NCBI GenBank assembly: GCA_965243135.1
Contig: OZ251539.1
Location: 4,800,001-4,864,000 of the forward strand
Direction: 5' to 3'
Source of the DNA: Alphaproteobacteria bacterium
GTDB lineage: Bacteria > Pseudomonadota > Alphaproteobacteria > MPNO01 > UBA830
DNA length: 64,000 bases
Each line of letters starts with the position of its first letter. Within the stretch, counting starts at the first letter, position 1. Under the pieces are notes generated by a model. That model ran no database searches. It saw nothing but the letters and a program-made list of their open reading frames with translations, and had not been told where the DNA came from. A program made the translations under genes and the position numbers. Of this stretch, positions 42,097 to 52,959 are shown in pieces.

Positions 42097-42899
42097 CGCG
42101 AAACCTCCGGCGAATTAGAGCAAGGAAAACGTAAGATACATAGAGCTGCGTTCCGAACCAAAAATGTCGCCCCGGCCTGTGCGGGTAGAGATGATGGAAA
42201 AGCGAAAGGCCGGGTCGCCGATGCGGCTTCGCGGCAAGTTTCTTGCGGGCGAACTTCCGGAATACCGCTCCCGGACATGCCGCCGCGGCGTCAATCTGCC
42301 CTTCGCTGGGTCGCGCGGTCGCCGACAACGAATTCCGCCGAAACCCCCAAGAATCCGTCGGGACGGATGCGCTGCGCAATTTTCGTTTGCTGCTGTTCGC
42401 TCGGCGTCCGGAGGACCGGGTCGGCCCTCCGAGAACGGTTCCGCGTGGAACGCGCAGACCGAGCCGCTTTCCGGCGTTCGTCCTGCCGCTTGCCTTCGGA
42501 GAAATGTTCGGGTATCGTTCTGTAGAAGGTCAGGTGCCGATAACCTTTGGGTCGATCCCGCGGCGCACTTGCGGAATTGCCTCGAGTGCCTGGCCTCGCG
42601 GCAACGTGCGAACGGTCGTTCAGCCGCCAGCTTCCTGCGCTTCAAGGTTGAACGGACGGACAAGAGCCGCTGAAGCGGGTGTCTTTCCGACGGGTCTGTG
42701 CACGGCATGCAGCGGAGACGTCAGGACGCCAAGCTGGGATTTCTCCCGGAAGGCGCGCCGGAGGAAACGCCTCTGATGACCGGCTTCGCTCGACATGCGG
42801 CCGAAGCGAGACACGCTTGCGCTGCATCGTTTTTTTGCCGCTGCGGCGGCGTCCGGGCGGGCGGAGCCGCAGGCCCCCCGCATCGTCCGCGCCCGGAAA

Positions 42900-43940
42900 T
42901 CAGATTCCGTCGTAACGATGCCGATTCCCCTTGAAATCCGTCAGAACCCAACCATCGGCGCTCGCCGACGCTCTTTCCTCGGCAACGGGCGCCTTGCCGT
43001 GACCGCCCGGAATGTCGACCACGTAGGTCGGCTGGCACAGCCCCGACAGCCTGCCGCGCAGCGCATCGACGAGCCGCCGGCCGTCGGCGAGGGGGAGACG
43101 AAACCGGGCGGTCCCTCGCGCCCTGTCGGGATGATGCAGATAGTAGGGCTTGATCTTCAACGCGACGAACCTGCGCATGAGTTCGCCCAGAACGTCCACG
43201 TCATCGTTGACGCCCCTGAGAAGAACCGACTGCGACAGCAGGGGTATTCCCGCTTCCGTCAAACGCCCGCACGCTGCCGCGACATCCGCCGACAACTCCC
43301 GGGCGTGGTTGCAATGAAGAACCATCCATACCGGCTTGGACGCGCGGAGGGCGTCGAGCAACGCCTCGGTCACGCGGGCGGGCGCGGCGACCGGCGCTCT
43401 AGTGTGGATGCGGATGTTCAGAAGATGCGGAATCTCGTCCAGCCGCCTCACTATTCGCGCAAGGCGCGCGTCGGACAGGGAAAGCGGGTCGCCCCCGGTA
43501 AGTATCGCCTCCGCGATCCGCGGCCGCTCTTCAATATACGCGAAGGCCGCTTCGAGATCCTCGTCGCCAGGCGCCTCCGCCGCCCGCCCGACGCGGTCCC
43601 GGCGGAAACAGTAGCGGCAATAGACCTGGCAGGACATGGTCGGCATCAGGAGGACGCGATCCGGATACCGGTGAACGAGCCCCTTGACCGGCGATCGCGC
43701 CTCGTCGCCGATCGGATCGTCGAGCTCGTCCGGCGTCGTTTCGAGCTCGGCGGAGTCGGGCACGAACTGGCGGGCGATGGGATCGTCCGGATCGTTCCGG
43801 TCGATCAGCGCCGCCAGCGCGGGGGGGATTGCGATGGCGTAGCGCGCCGCGACCGCATCGATTTTGGCTGCCTGTTCCGGCCGGACCAATCCGGCGGAGG
43901 CGAGTTCGCTGCCGCTGCGCAGCGAAGAACCAGAATTCAC
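42900..43940 (-). CDS. lysine 2,3-aminomutase-like radical SAM protein (EpmB/KamA family)
   Basis: HRYPDRVL, CQVYCRYCFR, TGGDPL, QSVLLRGVND, PYYLHH; GTG start inferred. Confidence 0.92.
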   Translation of the reverse strand: MNSGSSLRSGSELASAGLVRPEQAAKIDAVAARYAIAIPPALAALIDRNDPDDPIARQFVPDSAELETTPDELDDPIGDEARSPVKGLVHRYPDRVLLMPTMSCQVYCRYCFRRDRVGRAAEAPGDEDLEAAFAYIEERPRIAEAILTGGDPLSLSDARLARIVRRLDEIPHLLNIRIHTRAPVAAPARVTEALLDALRASKPVWMVLHCNHARELSADVAAACGRLTEAGIPLLSQSVLLRGVNDDVDVLGELMRRFVALKIKPYYLHHPDRARGTARFRLPLADGRRLVDALRGRLSGLCQPTYVVDIPGGHGKAPVAEERASASADGWVLTDFKGNRHRYDGI

Positions 43941-44088
43941 GATGGCGTTCCTCCCGGAGATCCGAACGCGAACTAAAAGTCCGTTGCCGCCGGGCGCGGC
44001 GCTGAGGTCCGCCGACGGCCGGCGCATGATGCAATTTCGGCCGCTCAGCCTATAGTGCGCGAACATACCGCAATCCGGGAGACCGTTC

Positions 44089-44691
44089 ATGACGCGTATC
44101 ACACCGCTCCGGCGCGAACAGGCGACCGATCTTGAGGATGTTTTCGAACGCGCGGAGCAGGCGCTCGGCTTCGTGCCCAACAGCTTCTTCACCATGGGTC
44201 GGGCGCCCGGAATTCTGCGCGCCTTCGCGCGGCTCGCGCGCGAGGTTATCGGAGTTCCCGGAAAGCTGCCCATGCCGCTGAAACGAATGGTCGCCTACAT
44301 GGCGAGCAGGTCGGCGGGATGTCAGTATTGTTCGGCGCATACCGCCCAGTCCGCCGTGGCAGTCGACGGCGTTTCGCCGGAGAAGATCGCCGCCATCTGG
44401 AACTACGAGAAAAGCGCGATGTTCGACGATGCGGAACGCGCAGCGCTCCGGATGGCGCAGGGCGCCGGCGCGGCGCCCAATGCGGTCGACGACGAGGACT
44501 TCGAGGATCTGAAGCGTCACTTCGACGAGGATCAAATCGTCGAGCTGGTCGCCGTCGTGTGCCTGTTCGGCTGGCTCAACCGGTGGAACGACACTATGGC
44601 GACCACGCTCGAGTCCCGACCTCTGGAATTCGGCTTGTCCGTTCTCGCGGACAGCGGCTGGACGCCCGGCAAACACGCGGCCCGTGGCTGA
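44089..44691 (+). CDS. carboxymuconolactone decarboxylase/AhpD-like protein
   Basis: GFVPN, CQYC..H, NRWND. Confidence 0.88.
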   Translation: MTRITPLRREQATDLEDVFERAEQALGFVPNSFFTMGRAPGILRAFARLAREVIGVPGKLPMPLKRMVAYMASRSAGCQYCSAHTAQSAVAVDGVSPEKIAAIWNYEKSAMFDDAERAALRMAQGAGAAPNAVDDEDFEDLKRHFDEDQIVELVAVVCLFGWLNRWNDTMATTLESRPLEFGLSVLADSGWTPGKHAARG

Positions 44692-45547
44692 AGCCCGGCC
44701 GAGAAGCGCACCGTCCGGAGGACTCCAGGGACCGTCCGCCTATCCTTCCCTGGCAGGGCGGTCCGTCATCGTAACCGGCGGCGGTCAGGGAATCGGCCGG
44801 TGCATGGCGCTCGCGCTGGCGGAGCGCGGCGCCAACGTGTTGATCACCGCGGCCCGCGACGCCGTTTCCCTGGACGAGACGACAGCGGCCGCCGAAGGCC
44901 TTGCCGGCGACATGACGTCGCTGCAAGCCGATATCCGGGATCCGGACGCTTGCGCCCGCACGGTCGAGCTCGCGCTCGCCCGCTTCGGGGCGCTGCACGC
45001 GCTCGTCAACAACGCGGCGCGCGGCATCCACTACGTGCGCGAAGCCACCGGCGGCGAGGCCGTCGAATTCTGGAAGACGGACCGGTCGCGATGGGCCGAG
45101 GCCGTCGAAACCAACGTCACAGGAACCTTCCGGATGACCGCGGCGGCCGTGCCGCACATGATCGCGCGACGCTTCGGGCGGATCGTGAACGTTTCGACGA
45201 GCGACCGGTCGATGGTCCGTTCCATGAACACTCCTTACGGCCCGTCGAAAGCCGCTCTGGAAGCCATGAGCGTCGCCTGGGCGCAGGAATTGTCGGGGCA
45301 CGGCGTTACGGTGAACGTATTGCTGCCGGGCGGCGCGACGCGAACCCGCATGGCGACCGGAGTGACGAGGAAACCGCTCCATCCGCCCGAGATCATGAAC
45401 CCCGCGATTCTCTGGCTGTGCTCGGACGATTCGTCGGGCTGCACGGGCGGACGCTATATCGCGGAGGACTGGGATGCCGACGCCGCGCCGGAAGCGGCCG
45501 CGGCGGGGGCGCGAGGAACCCGGCACGCGCTGCCAGTCATCATGTAG
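44684..45547 (+). CDS. SDR-family oxidoreductase
   Basis: TGGGQGIG, LVNNA, YGPSK. Confidence 0.92.
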   Translation: MAEARPRSAPSGGLQGPSAYPSLAGRSVIVTGGGQGIGRCMALALAERGANVLITAARDAVSLDETTAAAEGLAGDMTSLQADIRDPDACARTVELALARFGALHALVNNAARGIHYVREATGGEAVEFWKTDRSRWAEAVETNVTGTFRMTAAAVPHMIARRFGRIVNVSTSDRSMVRSMNTPYGPSKAALEAMSVAWAQELSGHGVTVNVLLPGGATRTRMATGVTRKPLHPPEIMNPAILWLCSDDSSGCTGGRYIAEDWDADAAPEAAAAGARGTRHALPVIM

Positions 45548-46023
45548 CAAGGGATTTTATCCACATCCCACAGAATTTCAGCGCGTTACGACGCCAACCC
45601 AAGCCCGTTACGACTCAGGTTGGTCCCGGCGCACATGCCGCACTGGCAGCATTTCAGCTACGCGAGCAGGTCGAACGCGCCGAGCGTCGAAGCGAGGTAG
45701 AAGTCACTGTCTTCGATCGGCGCCACATGCAAATGCTTACCGACCTGCGGCGTGGCGGACCACGTCGGGATCGAAGCCCATGACTCAGTTGGGGCTGCCC
45801 GCGATGATGAAGAGGTCCGACCCACCCTAAAGGTGCCGCCTTCGGCACCGCCCACCAGTTGGTCGTCGCCATCGCCGTGTCCGAGCGGCGCACCCGTAAG
45901 GCCGACGCCGAACATGGCACCCAAGTCCGGTGCCGCCGAAGCTCCGATCATCGACGAGACCTCTTGGTCTCGTTTCCTTTCACCCTCTCTCCCAGTTCCC
46001 GGTTCTTCCTTCCCGGATTCTCG

Positions 46024-46314
46024 CTACCCTTTTTCTCTTTCTTGCCCTTCTTCTTCCGGTCGTCCTGGCTCGGCGCTCCCCGTCGTTGCCTTCGGCTGTC
46101 TGGCCCCGAACCAGAAACCGGTGATCGATCCAGCCATGCTCCCTACCGCCCCGAGCACTGCGATGGCCATGTCGTACTTCTTTTCCCATAGCAGCCACAC
46201 TACGGTTGCCGCAGAAAGACCCAGATAAGTTCCTACCGCCGCGTAAGTTACCAGTCGCCGAACCGCGCTCCGCTTTTGCTCCGTTTCCTGTGCTGTCGCT
46301 GGGTTGTCGCTCAT
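46024..46314 (-). CDS. small 2-TM membrane protein
   Basis: Two hydrophobic segments ending GFWFG, charged tail; GGAG RBS. Confidence 0.7.
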   Translation of the reverse strand: MSDNPATAQETEQKRSAVRRLVTYAAVGTYLGLSAATVVWLLWEKKYDMAIAVLGAVGSMAGSITGFWFGARQPKATTGSAEPGRPEEEGQEREKG

Positions 46315-46506
46315 TGTCGTTCGAACTCCTCGATTCGCTTCGGTTTCCGACCAGTCCGCAGCTTGGCGATCGGTCCCTCCGTCGCCATGTAAATTTGGCT
46401 CAAATAGAATGTATTCGGTTCTTTCAGGGTGTCTAGGGCAACCCGTCCTCAGTGCAGTTGATGCTTAGCCGGTCACGTCGCTGATTATCCGCCTGATTTC
46501 AGTCCG

Positions 46507-47691
46507 CTACCCTCCGAGCTTTTCTTCCCTTGCCCGTCCGTCCTGGTGTTCCCGAAGCCCTGAGATCCCCGAGATCTCGCATGTGGATCCGTCGGGGCAC
46601 ATGAGGTTGAACCGCACGCCCCGCAATGCTGCTGGACGGTACTCCGCAACCAAGTCGAACCGGGCCTTTACCGAATGATGCACCAGCGGCCGACATTTTC
46701 CGTCGTCGACCGGGCGATCATTGTCGCGGACACAGACCTTCCGCACCTCCTTTGGGTAGACCTTCCCGAGTCCTGTCGTGTGCCGGTGCACCATGCCGGT
46801 GACATCGGGATGGACCAGGATGTCGTCCACGTCGAGAAGACTGAGAATTTCCCCCTGTTCCTCGAGGAGTCTCTCGATTTCTTTCTTCGATGGTTCCGCT
46901 ATGTTGATCCTTGTTCCCAAAGCTTCCCTGCACTTTTGGATCATGAAGTTCAGGCTGACATCCGCGAGTCCGTCGTGCCAGTATCCGCCGCCGATGTCGC
47001 TGTGTACGCCCGGGAACCACACTTCGGTGATCCGGTCTTGATTCACTTCGTCGCGATTAATTAGCGTCGGCTCGAATGCCACCCGGTCCTCGTCCAGGGA
47101 GACGAGGTGGACAGCTCGATCTATCCTTGAGTGCAGCGTTCCGTGCTCGAATACGACATCGCTGCTGATCGTCTCGCCCTTTGTGTGGATCCCGTCCATG
47201 GCCGCCACGGTATCGAAGACCCCCAAGAAGCTGACCCGCAAGTCGGAGTTGGCCTTGAGTATTCTGCTCGCGAATTTCCGCGCGAGCGCTGCGCCGCGGC
47301 TGAATCCGAACACGACGATGCGATCGTCTGGAGTTGGCTCCCATTCCTCCAAGTCGTTCTCTGCCTGCTTCAGGATCCTCCGTGCGTCTCCCCAGCTCGG
47401 TGCGAGTGCGCTGTTGATTTCTCTTTTCGCCCACCCGATGAGCTTGCCCACGAGGGGTATGGTCTCTCCATCCTCCCGCGTTCCGATTCCATTGTAGTAG
47501 CGGGTCTCCTGACGCTCGCCTCCCTTGGTGAGAGTTTCACTCCTGTCTTCATCCAGTCCGCCGCCCATGAGTACGTGCAGCTTCAGGACATTGCTCACGC
47601 TCTCGTCGTGCTTGAAACCGGTCGCGTCCTGCGGCTCGTTCCCGGTGCCGTCGAAGCTGAATACCAACGTGCGTGCTGCCGATGCATTCAT
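46507..47691 (-). CDS. DUF2235 / Tle1-like alpha/beta-hydrolase (phospholipase-like)
   Basis: FDGTGN, SNV, GFSRGA, FDTV, WFPGVHSDIGGG; GGAGG RBS. Confidence 0.9.
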   Translation of the reverse strand: MNASAARTLVFSFDGTGNEPQDATGFKHDESVSNVLKLHVLMGGGLDEDRSETLTKGGERQETRYYNGIGTREDGETIPLVGKLIGWAKREINSALAPSWGDARRILKQAENDLEEWEPTPDDRIVVFGFSRGAALARKFASRILKANSDLRVSFLGVFDTVAAMDGIHTKGETISSDVVFEHGTLHSRIDRAVHLVSLDEDRVAFEPTLINRDEVNQDRITEVWFPGVHSDIGGGYWHDGLADVSLNFMIQKCREALGTRINIAEPSKKEIERLLEEQGEILSLLDVDDILVHPDVTGMVHRHTTGLGKVYPKEVRKVCVRDNDRPVDDGKCRPLVHHSVKARFDLVAEYRPAALRGVRFNLMCPDGSTCEISGISGLREHQDGRAREEKLGG

Positions 47692-47801
47692 TTTCTGCGC
47701 CTCCCTGCCTTTTTGTCGCGGTGCAGTCGGGTTGGTTTAAAGGAGGCGGGGCTGCCTCTTCCCCTCCATTTTCTTGTCGTCCAGCACCACTGATGGAGGC
47801 A

Positions 47802-47990
47802 TTATTTCTTCCCGTGCTTGGTCGGATCTACCAAGTCGTAGGTCATATCCGGCTTGGGTGTGGGCGGCAGAGGTTCACCCCTCGTGACGGTGCGCTCGGC
47901 ACCCTTTCCGCCTCTCGGACCCATCTGTTGATACTGTCCCGACCGAGGTGCACGTTGACCTGGTTTCAGACCGCTTCTCTTGCTTGGCAT
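47802..47990 (-). CDS. YjzC-like small protein
   Basis: KPGQRAPRSGQY..GPRGG..GEPLPPTP. Confidence 0.8.
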   Translation of the reverse strand: MPSKRSGLKPGQRAPRSGQYQQMGPRGGKGAERTVTRGEPLPPTPKPDMTYDLVDPTKHGKK

Positions 47991-48401
47991 TGGTAAGTTC
48001 CCCAACGGAGCGTTTCGCAGCACGATTACTGCTGACCCCGATATGTGGGGGTAGTTGAGCCTGAATCCAACCCCTACGGGTGGTGTTCTTTCTGGCCCGC
48101 ATTCGCACGGCGTTCATTCGCGGACAACCCGTCCCCGTCGCGCATGAACCGGCAAGCCGGGCGCTCCCGGCGCGATGCAGGTCGGCTTGCGCGGGCTCCG
48201 TTGCCGGCGCCCGGCCATCACCGCCGCCAGCTCCTACCGGGCGATTTCGGTCAGGATTTTCTTGCATGCAAAGATACGCAACGCCTCGGAACGATACAAC
48301 GCATGAGATGCAGAAGAACCGCTATGAATACAGGATGGGCGGACCGGAATGGTGCGAAACTGCACGTAAGGCTGGTTGGCTGCAAGGCCGGGGACCGTCT
48401 C

Positions 48402-49271
48402 TTATCGTCGTTCCCGATGCCAGACGTAGAGACCGCTTCCAATCACGATCGCCGCGCCGGCGATGGAAAAGCGGTCCGGAAACTCGCCGAAAAGAAAAAC
48501 GCTGAAGACCACGGCCCAAACGAGTTGCGTGTAGAGAAACGGCGACAACGTCGAGACCTGCGCGATCTCGAAAGCGCGGATAAGGAGATAATGGCCGAGG
48601 CCGAACAGGCAGCCTGTCGCGATCATCAAGCCCCAACCCCGGATATCCGGCGAGCTCCAGACGAAGGGAACCACGAAGGACATGACGACGACGCCAACCG
48701 CCGAAGTCCAGAACAGGCTCGTCTTGGTGTCTTCCGTCCGTCCCGCGATACGCGTCATGATCTGATAACCAGCGTAACATACCGCGGTCATCAGGGGCAG
48801 GACGGCGGCCCAGTGCACGATCCCGAAGCCGGGGCGGATGATGACGAGCACTCCGGCGAAGCCGACCACGATGGCTGTCCAGCGGCGGATTCCGACCTGC
48901 TCGCCGAGAAAAGGTATCGACAGCGCGGTCACCAACAGCGGAGCGACGAAGTTGATCGACACCGCTTCGGCAAGCGGGAGAAACTTCAGGGCGGTGAAGA
49001 AGGTGACCGTTCCCGCGAGGAGCGTGACGGATCGGGCCAGATGCAGAAACGGCCGCCTCGTCGCCATCTGGCTCCAAATCCCGCCGCGAGAGAACACGAC
49101 GAGGAAAACGAGGGCGTGGAAGACATAGCGCGCCCAGACGATCTGCATGACGTCGTAGTCGCGAGCCAGCGTCTTCACGCACGCTTCGCCGGTGCCGAAC
49201 AGGGCGACCCCGGCGCACATGAGAAGAATTCCGAGCGACGGCTTTTGCGCCCGCCCGTCTGCGTTATTCAT
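48402..49271 (-). CDS. DMT/EamA family transporter
   Basis: About 10 TMs; FLGEQVGIRRW, LSPFLY, FGEFP. Confidence 0.92.
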   Translation of the reverse strand: MNNADGRAQKPSLGILLMCAGVALFGTGEACVKTLARDYDVMQIVWARYVFHALVFLVVFSRGGIWSQMATRRPFLHLARSVTLLAGTVTFFTALKFLPLAEAVSINFVAPLLVTALSIPFLGEQVGIRRWTAIVVGFAGVLVIIRPGFGIVHWAAVLPLMTAVCYAGYQIMTRIAGRTEDTKTSLFWTSAVGVVVMSFVVPFVWSSPDIRGWGLMIATGCLFGLGHYLLIRAFEIAQVSTLSPFLYTQLVWAVVFSVFLFGEFPDRFSIAGAAIVIGSGLYVWHRERR

Positions 49272-49897
49272 TCATGCACTCTCAAAGCGGCGCAATTTCG
49301 TCGTCCCGGGAGCACCGGAAGCACCCGCCCAAACATCGAGGGTCCCGCGACCCCGCCCAACATCGGCCAAGCACCGCGCATTGCGTCAAGAGATTGCCTT
49401 TCTGCCTGAGGCGCGCACGAGAAAGACAGGCGGGCCGCCTTCTCGAAAATGCTCGTCGACTGTCCGGTTTGTCCGAAGAGTTCGTCCGCAGTTTCCCGGT
49501 CGATTCGGTTTCAAGCGCTCGCGGCACGTTGCGCACGCTTGGACGAACGCCTTGCGGCGAACGGCCCGGCTGCGCCGCAGGGACTGGCGCGACGGATGAT
49601 CGCTCGAACCGTAAGATATTTCATCGGCTCCGATCGTCAAGCCGCGCATTCACGGCGCCTCGTTGCCGCGACGGCGCCGCCTCACCATCCGATCGCCTGT
49701 CCAAGAAACACGGCCTCGGGCGACCATCGGCGTCCCTTTCCGGGCGAACGCGCGCTCTCTTCTTGCGCCTGCCTCCGCACCGCGACGAGTCGCGTATCCG
49801 GCCGCCTTCCGGTTATGATCGACGCCACTCAACGGCCCGCCGGCCGCCCGGCGGCTGAGCAACCTGTTCCACGTTCGGTAAATCGGAGGCGACGCCA

Positions 49898-50512
49898 ATG
49901 CCGGACATGGCTCTGGAAAACGAATACGAGGGCCCCGTGGCGGGCGTCGACGAAGCCGGAAGAGGACCGTGGGCCGGCCCCGTCATGGCCGCGGCGGTGA
50001 TACTGCCGACCTCGCTGCCGGAGAGTCTCGAAAAGGGGCTCGACGATTCCAAGAAGCTCTCCGCGCGCCGCCGAGAGACTCTTTTTGGTATCCTGAAAGG
50101 CTGCGCGGAAATCGGCGTCGGGGCCGCGAGCGTCTTGGAAATCGACCGCCTCAACATCCTCGTGGCGACTCATCTCGCGATGCGCCGCGCGGAGCGGCGT
50201 CTGCGCAGCGAACCGGCTTTCGCGCTGATCGACGGAAACAGTTCGCCGGCCGGCCTCCGCTGCCCGGCTCGCGCCGTGGTCAAGGGGGATAGCTTGAGCC
50301 TGTCCATCGCGGCGGCGTCGATCGTCGCGAAGGTAACGCGCGACCGGATCATGGGGACGCTGGCATGCAGATACCCTTGGTATGGCTGGGATCGCAACGC
50401 GGGATACGGCACTCGCCAGCACAGGGAGGGCCTTTTGGCGGCAGGCGTGACGAGCCATCACCGTCGCACGTTCGCGCCGGTAGCGGAGATGCTGGAGCGC
50501 TCGCGCCGGTAA
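49898..50512 (+). CDS. rnhB: ribonuclease HII
   Basis: GVDEAGRGP, DDSKKL, IDGN, SIAAASIVAKV.RD. Confidence 0.95.
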   Translation: MPDMALENEYEGPVAGVDEAGRGPWAGPVMAAAVILPTSLPESLEKGLDDSKKLSARRRETLFGILKGCAEIGVGAASVLEIDRLNILVATHLAMRRAERRLRSEPAFALIDGNSSPAGLRCPARAVVKGDSLSLSIAAASIVAKVTRDRIMGTLACRYPWYGWDRNAGYGTRQHREGLLAAGVTSHHRRTFAPVAEMLERSRR

Positions 50513-50774
50513 ATCCACTCTCTCGCACCATAGCGAAATGCGCTTTTCTCTTTAATTTTAACTCAATAGGCATTAGCTTGACCGTGCACGGCGTTGCCCG
50601 ACCATGCCAAGGGACAATGCGATTCCGAGAACCAAATTCGATAAAATCAGAGTTATTCATGGAGTTACGGGAAATTTCCGCGGAAGCGCGCCTGTTTGCC
50701 GACGCTGGCGCGGACGTAACGCGAATTGAGCCTTAAATTTTTGACTTTTACATGGATACTTTCTTGAACAAACG

Positions 50775-50831
50775 CTATGCATCATGCGCATAGCTGTAGA
50801 ATACTATTGGTTTCCATGTAGCGATAACCAT
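50775..50831 (-). pseudogene. possible TIR-domain start remnant
   Basis: AGGAG RBS then MVIATWKPIVFYSYAHDA*, 3 nt after the membrane gene; VFYSYAHD resembles TIR beta-A. Confidence 0.4.
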
Positions 50832-50834
50832 CTC

Positions 50835-51251
50835 CTATGTTGCAAGTATCGCAAGAAGCGCTACCGTCATCGTCAACAGGCAACTGTAAAATAAACAGAC
50901 AGACCATGACATCGCCACTTTCCAGACGGAATCGACCGATGAAATTTGAGAGTGGTAGTTGAGATCGAACGGTTTGACAGATAATCCTTCCGCGACGGCT
51001 TCGTAGAGCTTTACATAGCATCTCTCAAGATGAAGGTACTTGGCGTCCATTCCCCAGAAGGCGATGACTGGAATGCAGGCGCCAAGTCCGATCAACCAGT
51101 GCGGATCGCTCGATAGACCCGAAAATACGAATGCGGCCGTGACCAGCGAAACAGCACATGTTTTCATATGCGCACTGTTGGCGGCCATGCGGCTAACGAC
51201 GCTCTGCACCATCTTGAGATGCTCCACCGTCGATGCGAGTTCGTCTGCCAT
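50835..51251 (-). CDS. small 3-TM membrane protein of a type often adjacent to TIR genes
   Basis: HLKMVQSVVSRMAANS..K, FWGMDAKYL.LER.Y..LY. Confidence 0.75.
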   Translation of the reverse strand: MADELASTVEHLKMVQSVVSRMAANSAHMKTCAVSLVTAAFVFSGLSSDPHWLIGLGACIPVIAFWGMDAKYLHLERCYVKLYEAVAEGLSVKPFDLNYHSQISSVDSVWKVAMSWSVCLFYSCLLTMTVALLAILAT

Positions 51252-51254
51252 GGC

Positions 51255-51814
51255 AAGATGTCGCCTCAAGCGTATCCTGCAGGCAGGATAGGACAAGACG
51301 TCAAGTCATTTCAAGCTGGAAATGCGGCTCTCCAACCAGCCTGCGGTCGCGGCATAGACTTCCGCCCGCCGCCGTAGCATTTCCGTCGTCCAATTCCCCT
51401 CCGCCCCGTCGCAAAATCGCTTCAATGGGCGAGCACCGACAGCGTGAAGCTGACCGGAGCGCAGTTCATGCCGTGCAACGTTCGGTACGCCGCTTCCGCG
51501 CTATCCTTCGCAACCTGGCTCCTGCATTCCAGGCCTTCGTCGGGGCCGTGTCGGCGAAAAACGTTCCAGAAGATCCGCTGCGCGTCAGCCAGCGCATCGC
51601 AGAGCGTCTCTCGTCTACGGAAAGCCGCTGAAGTTCCTACCGCATCGACACGTTCGGCGTGACTTCGGCATTCAACAACATGCTATGGCAGTGCGCTTTG
51701 AAGCGCTAGGCAGCGGCGCGAATGGCCATCAACCACGAAGGCGTAACGAAACGACTCCGTATCGTGGAACTGTTCGTGTATCGACAGTTCGTTGGCGGGC
51801 AAATTCAACTCCAT
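51255..51814 (-). pseudogene. degraded hypothetical gene downstream of the DUF3696 ATPase
   Basis: ATG overlaps the ATPase end (MELNLPANELSIHEQFHD..); frame breaks follow; end approximate. Confidence 0.45.
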
Positions 51815-52959
51815 CCGGCGAAGCAGTCCATGTCCTTGTCGAATTGGTCGAAAAAGCCCTCCGGCCAAGCGTCGATGTTGCCGGCACCGTTCAGCAAAGG
51901 GCTTTGAACTTGCGCAAAGCCGTCCGATTCCTCTTCCTGCCTAACGCGGAAAAAGTGAATGGCTGCGTCTTCCGGAGAAAGGGTATCGCGCTTCACGGCT
52001 CGACGAATAGCGTTCAATACATGGTCGCTATGGGTCTCGAGAATAACCTGCACCCCGGCAGCTGCGACTTCGGCCAGGAAATCGCCCATAGCAGCCTGCC
52101 CGGCCGGATGGAGGTGCACCTCCGGATTTTCGATCAGCAGTAGATCGTCCTTATTCGCTGACAGGGCCGCGACCACGATTGGAAGTATCTGCGTCAACCC
52201 GAAACCGGCATGAATCGGCCGGTGGAAATCCGTGCCTTTCGAAGTTCGAAGCCCCAGCGTCACCGCGTTGGCTTGCGGAACTTTTTCGACCGTCAGCTCG
52301 CAGCCCGGAAAAAACCGGTTCATACGGGCTTCGACCTGGCGCAATCGAGTCGGCGGGGTGTCCTCGACGGCCAGTTCATCGAGAACATGTTCATCGCCGC
52401 CGTAGTAGAGGATGCCGACAGCGTGTTCTCCTCTCGGGCCTACGACGGGCGCATGCCGGGGCTCATCCAAAGGATAGGTTTTCCGTGGTCCCATCCGTTC
52501 GGCGGTCAAGTATGTGAGGCCGCAAAGACGAGCCTGCAACGAGTCAGCCCGCACGTCTTCGCCCCACGGCAGCAGATGGCGCAGCATCTTGGGGGCATCT
52601 TCGCCGACATCGCCAAGCGCACTGCGGATCCGTTTCACCTCCATGGACATCTCTGCGCGTTCGCCCATGAATTCCCACTGAAACTCCCGTTCCTCATCCA
52701 GCAACGCTATCTCTACCGAGCGACTCCCTTGCATCTGGTCGATGACGTCGGCTACGGTACCGAGGCGAACGGCGGCGCCGTTCAACATCAGACGCGACGA
52801 CCACTCATGCTCCCGCATCGTCTGGTGCAGGAGAACCAGCGCCTGCAACACGGAAGACTTTCCCGACGCATTCGCGCCGGAAAGCAAGGTCAGCGGGCAA
52901 AGCGGCAACTTCACCGCAGTGAAACATTTGAAGTACCGAAGATCGATCCGTCTAAGCAC
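51805..52959 (-). CDS. ABC/AAA_21-type ATPase with DUF3696 C-terminus
   Basis: GANASGKSS, GFGLTQILP, IENPEVHLHP, ETHSDH, WPEGFFDQ. Confidence 0.9.
   Translation of the reverse strand: MLRRIDLRYFKCFTAVKLPLCPLTLLSGANASGKSSVLQALVLLHQTMREHEWSSRLMLNGAAVRLGTVADVIDQMQGSRSVEIALLDEEREFQWEFMGERAEMSMEVKRIRSALGDVGEDAPKMLRHLLPWGEDVRADSLQARLCGLTYLTAERMGPRKTYPLDEPRHAPVVGPRGEHAVGILYYGGDEHVLDELAVEDTPPTRLRQVEARMNRFFPGCELTVEKVPQANAVTLGLRTSKGTDFHRPIHAGFGLTQILPIVVAALSANKDDLLLIENPEVHLHPAGQAAMGDFLAEVAAAGVQVILETHSDHVLNAIRRAVKRDTLSPEDAAIHFFRVRQEEESDGFAQVQSPLLNGAGNIDAWPEGFFDQFDKDMDCFAGWS

Noticed and set aside
45580-45620. Integron attC/attI-like site
   Set aside because: No complementary core/inverse-core hairpin and no integron integrase in the window.
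45654-45951. GDGDDQLVGG, resembling an RTX Ca-binding repeat
   Set aside because: Single short motif with no supported gene; at most a relic.
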